A DNA stretch of 64,000 nt, from positions 32,240,001-32,304,000 of the forward strand of contig NC_043008.1 of assembly GCF_006345805.1 (NCBI RefSeq), written 5' to 3'. The position numbers and the translations under genes were made by a program. The notes beneath the pieces were generated by a model that was not told where the DNA came from, made no database searches, and saw only the letters and a list, made by a program, of their open reading frames with translations. The stretch comes from Octopus sinensis. Its lineage: Eukaryota. Numbering within the stretch: the first letter of the stretch is position 1; the number at the start of each line of letters is the position of its first letter. Positions 55,113-64,000 of this stretch are shown here, in pieces.

Positions 55113-55720
55113 AGGCGGTGAGCAGACAGAATCATTAGCACGCCGAGCTAAATACTTAGCAGCATTTCGTCCTTTGTCACAAATTCTGTTGAGGTCGACT
55201 TTGTCTTTTATTCATTCGGGGTCGATAAAATAAGCAGCAGTTGAACACTGGTGTCGATGTGATCGACTCCCCACCACTTCCTCTCGAAATCGCTGGTCTT
55301 GTGCCAAAATTTAAAACCATTATTAGTACCACAAAAAGCAGTGAACTGGCAGAATCGTTGGGGTGCCGAACAAAATGCTTAGCGGCATTTCGTCTGACTT
55401 TACGTTCTGGGTTCAAATTCAGCCGCGGCCAACTTAGCCTTTCATTCATCCAGGGTCGACTAAATTAGTTCCACTTGAACACTAGGGTCAATTAAATCGA
55501 CTAGTACCCTTCCGAAAAATTTCAGGCTCTTTACCAATAGTAGAAAGGATTATTACTCTCGGAGATAAGGCGACTAGCTTACAAGGATCGTTAGCACGTC
55601 GAATAAATAACGGCACTTCATCTAACTTCAAATTTCGCCGAGATCAGCTTTATCTTCAACCCTTTTAGGGTCGATGAAAGAAAGTTCCCTAAAAATTATT
55701 GGCCTTGAAACCATTACTAA
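55113..55720 (+). mobile_element. Three tandem decayed SINE family A copies
   Basis: Heads near 55113, 55337 and 55569. Confidence 0.7.
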
Positions 55721-56339
55721 GTCCCGCAGAAATATGTACCTAAAACCAAAGCTCGCCCATGTGTTTTTTTTTTCTCTTTTAAGATAATAGGATGTTTTTT
55801 GAACGACATCTAGCTGCTATATTTTGCAAGTCGAGGCTACCGCGAGCGAGAGCTTGTACAAAATTCAGGGCATCGGATACGTAGAACGAACTAAAACGAA
55901 CCCATGTGTGGCTTATCGTTAACGTTTGCAGCTTACAACCCATCACCTCACACACAAACGCATTCAATGAAGAATAAAAAAAGACAACAGCACTAAAGAA
56001 AAACAACAAAATAATACATACACTGGAAATATATATAAGAGCATGACTTTTTTTTTGTGGGGGGTGCTGTTTTATTTTTTTGTCCCCCGCTCCGCTCCAT
56101 TCCAGTATGTCGTTCCGTCCAGGGCAATTTCAATTCAACCTTTTTTTTCCGTATTTGTATAGAAACAATTTCAACCTTCCCGTGGGAAATATCAATGTCA
56201 GTGTCACTAGAAAGGCAGAGGTTACGCAGTTTTAGCATTCCCTTCGATATTTCTGGACTAAGGGGCAATAATGTTTAGGGAAGTCTTAAAGCTAAAATAG
56301 TAAAATCTATTTTTTGGTTTTTGCGCTTTCTACTTTTCT

Positions 56340-56366
56340 TAATATTATTTATCTATTTATTTATTA

Positions 56367-56426
<60 letters not shown>

Positions 56427-56461
56427 ATTGTTATTATTATTATTATATTGTTATTATTATT

Positions 56462-56494
<33 letters not shown>

Positions 56495-56501
56495 ATTATT
56501 A

Positions 56502-56539
<38 letters not shown>

Positions 56540-56558
56540 TGTTATTATTATTATTATA

Positions 56559-56610
<52 letters not shown>

Positions 56611-56627
56611 CATTATTATTATTATTA

Positions 56628-56712
<85 letters not shown>
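56340..56712. repeat. Long (ATT)n microsatellite
   Basis: Direct observation. Confidence 0.95.
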
Positions 56713-57217
56713 CGAGTGAGAGAGCGGTGCATGCCATCAAAGTGACACTGGGGTACAAATATACGAAATACAGCAGCTATCGATATGGCTAGCCAGTGTT
56801 GATTTACTACAATGGGCTTCACAGGAAATTTATGCTGACATTCTGACTCGATGCACTCAATGATAATCATTATCATCATCATAATTTCTTTGAAATAGTT
56901 AAAAATTTTCTTGAAAGTATTTTGAAAACTTTGGTAATTTTATTTATTTTTTTTGTTTGGGGTGGGTGGTGGTGGTGGTAGAGGGCGGGAATTTTTGGGA
57001 ACATTTTTTGGGGAACAACTTTGACGATTTTTTTTTCTTTAAATTTTTAGATTATTCATTCAACAATTTTCTTTCTTGCTTCCTTGTTGATTTTCTTTAA
57101 CTTCCTATTATTATTTTTTTTCTTTAATTGCAATGTATACAGTTTAGAATTATATGTTGATTCTCAGTGTGAATAAGTGTGCGTATATTTATATGCCTCT
57201 CTTTCTCTCTCTCTCTC

Positions 57218-57264
<47 letters not shown>

Positions 57265-57618
57265 TAATAATAATAATAATAATGATAATAATAATAACAA
57301 TTAAGATTCAGATGAATATGCATACAATCTAAAAAATAAAACAAAGATAAAAAATAAATCTTAAAAATAAAACAAATATAAAAATAATTATACAGGGTTG
57401 GCCAAAAGTCACAGTTTCACCATTTCCTTTTTCTTGACCCCCCACTATTTCCCCTCTGCTACTCTCTAAATTATAGTAGGCTTTAGATTCTTTTCCCCCT
57501 AAATTCATTTTGCCACAAACATAGCAAAGCGAAACAATGTGTTTTTGTTTTCTAGTACTGATGTAAATTGTGATAAAAAAATGGTTTATCCTTTATATTG
57601 GAAATCTATATGCTCATC

Positions 57619-57705
57619 TGCGTCTGAGGAGAGCGGTGTATTACAGATTGATGTAATGTTTTCAATGATCAGTTAAATGGAGCCGCTTGAAACAGCCGTA
57701 ATGCA
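57619..57705 (+). ncRNA. Intact type I hammerhead ribozyme
   Basis: UGCGU-CUGAGGA-GAGCGG...CCGCUU-GAAAC-AGCC-GUA-AUGCA; 5-bp stem I, 6-bp stem II; followed by (TA)n. Confidence 0.85.
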
Positions 57706-57792
57706 TTAATATCTGGACATCTTTGTTACTTATTTACTTTATATATATGTATATATATGTATGTGTATACACACACACATATATATGTGTGT

Positions 57793-57847
<55 letters not shown>

Positions 57848-57903
57848 TATGTATGTATGCATGTATGTATATGTATATGTATATATATATGTATGCATGT
57901 ATG

Positions 57904-57977
<74 letters not shown>

Positions 57978-58475
57978 ATACGTATGTGCGTGTGCATGTA
58001 AGTATGTATGAGTATGTATGTATTTGTATGTGTCATTTTGCTATGACATTTTTTAAAAGAACAGCTACCGATATGACTAGCCAGTGTTGATCTACTTCAA
58101 TAAGATTCACAGGGACTTTATGTCAACATTCTAATGCGGCGCACTGAATTGTCTTCACTGAAATCTAGGAATTTCTGTCTTAAAATTCCGTTCATTCATC
58201 TCTAAGTACCTAGACCATATATAGCTTTCCGAACGAGTCAATGGGCAAGATTTCACGTGCTCCCTCAACATGATCAAAATAATAGTGAAATCTCCCTGAA
58301 CTCACCACACCACTTTAAAAATGTAAGGTTACATCAGACAAAGTAGTCCGAAATATAAATATAAATATATATATATAAATATATAAATATATATATAATA
58401 TTATATATATATATAAATATATATATTATATATATACATATATATATAATATATATATTATATATATAATATATA

Positions 58476-58555
<80 letters not shown>

Positions 58556-59379
58556 ATATATATATACAGACAGGATGGTCACGAATTGAATGTTTTTAAG
58601 ATTGTAAGTCTGGTAGATTAGGATTGATTTGGAACGAAACATCTTCAATAACAACCAACACTCATGACAGTTGGAAAATATTTTGCTGCTTAGTCCCACG
58701 TCAGCCTAAAAAAAGAGTTCAAAGTCCTGGGTGGAACACACATATGTTCCACGTATGATTGTTCTGACTCTTTTTCATAAACTGTTAACACCAGTGTCAA
58801 AATTTGGCATATGGACAGTAATTTCTGGGGAGTGGGTAAATCGATTACATCGATCCCAGTGGACCTCGGCTGAATTTGAACTCAGAACACAATGGTGGGA
58901 CGAAATGCTACTCAGCATTTTCCCGGCGTGCCAGCGATTTTGCCAGTTGGCTGCCATATAGATAGTTAAATGTCGACGACTACATTACCTAATATACTTT
59001 TCCTTTTATAAGACGATAGGTGGTGATTTGAAGGAGATTTGAATACCATTTTTTGTTAGGGATGTTATTCGGTCTAAATTGAATCTGGATCCAGCAGAGC
59101 TTTGACCAAACACGTTCCAGCCCTGACCATTCTGTTTATAAGCTATAGTATATAAAATACCGGTTGTCGTTTAACCCAGTGTTTCTCACACTGGTAAATA
59201 CCAGTATCACGCCCAATCCACAAAATATTAGAGAAATATTTTGCTTACCCCTCTTTATAAATGACTGAACAGAGTTTGCATTCATACACTTCTTTCTTCT
59301 TCTTAATGCTGGAGGTGCTAGAACCTCTGACGATCCAGGCTGACTATTCATTTCCAAAAGTATAAGCAGTTCTGGGAAG

Positions 59380-59870
59380 ATTTTGTAAAGGAAGACTGGT
59401 TGTTGCTTATGCATACATGGTTTCCCACCCACCTCTACGATACCTAACACAGATTTCTTCAAAGCAGTCGTTGAATCAGTATTTATGGTTCTTCAGCATG
59501 GGTACCGAACAGGACACTTGAAAAGAAGCTTCACTGTGAATACACGAGAAAACTTCGTGCACTTCTCAATTTTTCTTGGCATCAACAACCAACAAATTAG
59601 TGATTGAATGACAGTCTTCTTACCGTCATCTTGGTAATCAGAGAAAGAACAATATGTTATGCAGGACACTGCTGGAGAAGCAAGAATGAAATATCCAGCG
59701 ATCTCCTTCTTTGGAAACCCACTCATAGACATATACAGGTATCGGTAGACAAGAAGATCATCCATCAAGCAACTTATGGAAGGCAGTGAATATCATGTTG
59801 AGGATATGAAAACTGCTATGGAAGAGCAGGACATGTGGCGTAGAAGGGTTTGGTCTGGACAAATCGCCCG
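59380..59870 (+). mobile_element. RTE/RTE-X LINE C-terminal fragment
   Basis: DFFKAVVESV..YGS, YTRKLR, YAGHCWRSKNEISSDLLLWKPTH. Confidence 0.75.
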
Positions 59871-60619
59871 ATCGGAGAGACAGATATATGATACAGATGT
59901 TTATCTAAAGAAAAGGACGCCGGCTTGGGCCGACAGATAGTACCAGTGTCATCACAGGAGTTGCTGTCAGAACGTCAAGAGCTCGAAAAGCTACCGTAAG
60001 CCTCTTGTCTGGGTTTTCAAGGTCAACTTTCACTTCGCTCATTTCTGATATCTGATAAAAGCTTAGAACAACCGTAATTCTATTAAACGTACTAATGTGT
60101 CCACCCTTGTTCAATCCATTACAGTTCTCCTCCGGAAGCTTACTCACTATGAGAAACACTGTCTTAGATTATGAACCTGGAATCCACCGTCTCAGTTTTG
60201 ACAAATCTTAAAACAAATTAGCCTTAGGCACACAACCGTCTTAGCCGCATTATATGCCCAAGAGTAAATTAATGTTCTGGACTCTGTAGTATTCATTTAT
60301 TGACAGTAAGCAAGAGCATTCATAGATCAGAATTGGGCCCCTAGATCTCTGAGAGGAGGGAAAGGTCCGGGCACTAACTTGGTTTTCGCCCAGCTCACCT
60401 GAAGGTCAAGCTTTGCTGATTCTTCTCTGTATATAGTCAGTGCGTCCCAGAGCTAGTCGATTGAATTGCTGAATAGGATTGTATCGTCCGCATACTCCAG
60501 GTCGGTAAGGTGATAGTACCCAAAAGTGATGCTAGAGACACACTCACAGACCTTGGCTTTCAGCTATCCGTCGCATGCACTTGTACGGGTATGTTCTCTG
60601 TCTCCCGCAAGGTCATCCT

Positions 60620-60880
60620 AAAAGGGATATACTCTCATTCGATGCAGCAGCTGCAGGCTGGAGGAAACCGCGTGGCAGGCCCCACACCAGATGGCTGGAT
60701 GTGATTGGGGAAGATTTCCAGAGGCACGACATCACCTTGCAGGATGCAAAGGAGTTAGCATGAGACCGCCAGCGATGGAGAGCTGGTCAGCTCTTTGCAT
60801 GATGACGTCTCTGAGGCCACTAACTTGGGATGAACCCAGCACCATCAAGCAAGAGCATGAAACAAGGCAATCAGCAAGTA
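60620..60880 (+). mobile_element. RTE-clade LINE 3' end
   Basis: DILSFDAAAAGWRKPRGRPHTRWLDVI; caag tail; same family as 11190-11440. Confidence 0.75.
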
Positions 60881-61546
60881 GACCAGTGAGGCCTCTGGGC
60901 AACTACTCAATATGCCTGTGCTTTAAGATGGTACTGATTAGATAATTCGACATATAAACTATGTGAACATAAGACAGTGTGCTAATGGTCGGAATGTCTT
61001 TGACCTTAGCATTCCTGGACCAGAAATTTATGAACTATATCTTGTAAATCCATCTTGACCTCCTCTGACGACATGTCGGTTCCGTTTCTGGGCATACCAT
61101 CCTCCTATACTTCGATATAAAAGTTACAACAAGCTAGGGATCCATATTGTTTCTAATATCTGTGATCGTCACTAATGTATTTCTTCGCCTCATACAATTG
61201 AGCGTAAGTGTACGGATGGAAGTAATCTAAGTATTTCAACTAGTGTTTTGGTTCGGTCATCGGTACTTGAACTTACAGTAGACAGTTCCTTAGAAATTAA
61301 ACCTCTCAATTAAGAGAATATTTCCGAAAATTTCTTTTAGCACTTTCAAAAGTTTATGCGTGAGTGTTGCTGCTGTTACCTTCATCGTCTAAAATATTTA
61401 TTTAACTTTTCGAAACAATATTTTTTCTTTGCAATTTTCATCATTTTTGTTCATTCTGAGGTGAAATTTTATTTTATGCTTTTCTGGTTGCTTTTATGTG
61501 CAGTTGTTATTTTTTATTGTCTTTGTTATTGTTAGAGGGAGTTAAG

Positions 61547-61862
61547 GCGCGCGGCTTAGTGGTTAGGGTATTCGGCTTATGATCGTAAGGTCATGGGTTC
61601 GATTCCCTGCGACACATTGTGTCATTGGGCAAGACCCTATTTCACGTTGCTCCAGTCCACTCAGCTAGTAAAAATTAGTAGTACCTGCATTTCGGCGAAC
61701 CAGCCTTGTCACACCTTGTGTCACGCTGAATCTCCTTGAGAACTACGTTAAGGACACCCATGTTTGTGGAGTGTTCAGCTATAGCACGTTAATTTCATGA
61801 GCAGTTTGTTCCGTAGATCAGATCGACTGGAACCCTCGTCGTCGTAACGGACGGAAGGCCAG
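61547..61862 (+). mobile_element. tRNA-derived SINE family C, full length
   Basis: A-box-like ggcttagtggttagg, B-box ggttcgattcc, conserved core and tail. Confidence 0.8.
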
Positions 61863-62206
61863 TGTTAGAGGGTGTATTTTATAGACATTTTGACATGAAA
61901 TGTCATAATGTGAAGCAAGAAAGAAAATTGCCATAATTCATAATTTTTATTAATCAAACTTTTCTCTTTGCTTTCTATTGGATTACATCTTGGGGCAATG
62001 AGACGCACTGACTTTAATTTGTCTTCACAGTTAATTTTCTCTTGGAAGCTTATTATGACGCGGATATGACTGTGTGGTTAAGAAGTTCATTTTGCAATCA
62101 TGTGTTTTCGGGTTTAACTCCACTGTGCAGCACATTGAGCACTGAATGTCTTTTATTATAATCCAGAGCCAATCGATGCTATGTGAGTGAATTGGTAATA
62201 TATATA

Positions 62207-62252
<46 letters not shown>

Positions 62253-62331
62253 ATATATATATACATACATACATACATATATATATATGAATGTATGTAT
62301 GTATATATATATCTATATATATATATATATA

Positions 62332-62380
<49 letters not shown>

Positions 62381-63011
62381 ATATATGTATATATATATAT
62401 ATATATGCGTGAGTATGTATATATATATATGTGTGTGTGTGTATATGTATATATATATATATGTGTACTGGTGTCAGACTGTATCAGCCTTTGTCTTTCC
62501 CTTGGTGGCGTAGAGAGGGGAGGCTGATATGCATGTGCGACAACTGGTCTTCCATAAACAACCTTGCCCGGACTTATGCCTCAGAGAATAACTTTCTAGG
62601 TGCAATCCCATGGTCATTCATGACCGAAGGGTGTTTTTTACTGTTTTTATATATGTCTATATTTTTGGGTTGCCTAAGACAGGATAGGACGATTATCGAA
62701 CTGGTGATGCGTACTGTGGCAGAAACACCCATCCACAACTGTTCTCGTATCATTAGGTAATTAGTCTATCCTTTATTAACTTTGAAGAATTCTTGATTCT
62801 TGAAATTTTTTCCCATTCTCACAAGGAGCTGGTTTCAACTACCATTTTGCAATTTTAACACATCTTCTAGAAGTAGAGATAATTTTAATAAATAAAGAAT
62901 TTATGCTGCATGGTATTTGATATATCTGTATATTAAATATACACATATATAAATATATATGAATTTGTCTATATTCATACATACTTATATATGTATATAT
63001 GTATACACGTA

Positions 63012-63110
<99 letters not shown>

Positions 63111-63219
63111 TTATCTATCTATCTATCTCTATAGGGAGAGTTTACGAAGAAAACAAAAGACGAAAACAGGTGGTGTACAAACAGATGTATTAGTATAACG
63201 CTTAGGAATAGAAAAAGTA

Positions 63220-63253
63220 TTTTACGTTTCGAGCCTGCGCTCTTCTACAGAAA
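63220..63253 (-). ncRNA. Minimal hammerhead ribozyme in a PLE terminal repeat (63130-63335)
   Basis: UUU-CUGUAGA-AGAGC(GCAG)GCUC-GAAAC-GUA-AAA; 3' flank homologous to 39720-39790; lies between (CTAT)n and (CA)n. Confidence 0.7.
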
Positions 63254-63332
63254 GGGACACAGAAAAAAAAAGGAGAGAAACAAGGAGAGATAAAAGGAGA
63301 GAAAAAATGTGTGTAGTGGCTAACGATCTATC

Positions 63333-63404
<72 letters not shown>

Positions 63405-63667
63405 GCATATATTTGTATGTTTGTGTGTCCGTGTTTGTCCCCTTCGCCACCGCTTCACAACCGATGCCTGTGTGTTTAGGTCCCTGTAACTTAGCGGTTC
63501 GGCAAAAGAGATGATAGAATAAGTACTAGGCTTACAAAGAATAAGTCCTGGAGTCGATTTCTTCAACTGAAACCCTTCAAAGCGGTGCTCCAGCACGGCT
63601 GAAGTCAAATGACTGAAACAAGTAAAAGAATGAAAGAATATATATTTATATACACACACACACATAC

Positions 63668-63721
<54 letters not shown>

Positions 63722-63739
63722 GGAAATAGATAGATAGAT

Positions 63740-63823
<84 letters not shown>

Positions 63824-63842
63824 GTAGATTGAATGATAGATA

Positions 63843-63881
<39 letters not shown>

Positions 63882-64000
63882 ATGCACAGATACGCACAGG
63901 CACATAAAAACACACACATACACTCACACACGCACACACATTCACAGACAGACACAGACAGACACATAGCTACAATTTAGATTGTCCACCGAAAATGAAC

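Noticed and set aside
62698-62736. CUGGUGA-UGC..GCA-GAAAC motif
   Set aside because: Stems I and III do not pair; at most a heavily decayed copy

Overview
AT-rich, repeat-saturated eukaryotic DNA with no host protein-coding exon I can support; it is probably intronic or intergenic. The SINE families and the (TA)n/(TATG)n/(TAA)n/(TAGA)n load resemble an octopod cephalopod (Octopus-like) genome, which is inference only. Nearly all listed ORFs are microsatellite artefacts or decayed transposon frames. Recognisable content: about 7 Tc1/mariner relics (rosa-like, maT-like, mariner, Tc1), an internally deleted hAT (Buster/Charlie-type), an RT-deleted Tx1/L1-type LINE, an R4/Dong-type RLE LINE, several RTE 3' ends, three tRNA-derived SINE families in many copies, and Penelope-like element (PLE) RT and GIY-YIG remnants. 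The hidden layer is a dense population of short, non-coding PLE-type terminal-repeat modules sitting in (TA)n tracts. They carry at least 11 type I minimal hammerhead ribozyme motifs from several unrelated families, some intact, and three core types that keep the 3-8 base pair (C3-G8, A3-U8, U3-A8). These modules come with perfect foldback hairpins, a circularly permuted inverted pair, an ORF-less direct-repeat (retrozyme-like) element, and copied pieces of neighbouring genomic DNA. Coordinates were read by eye and may be off by a few bases.
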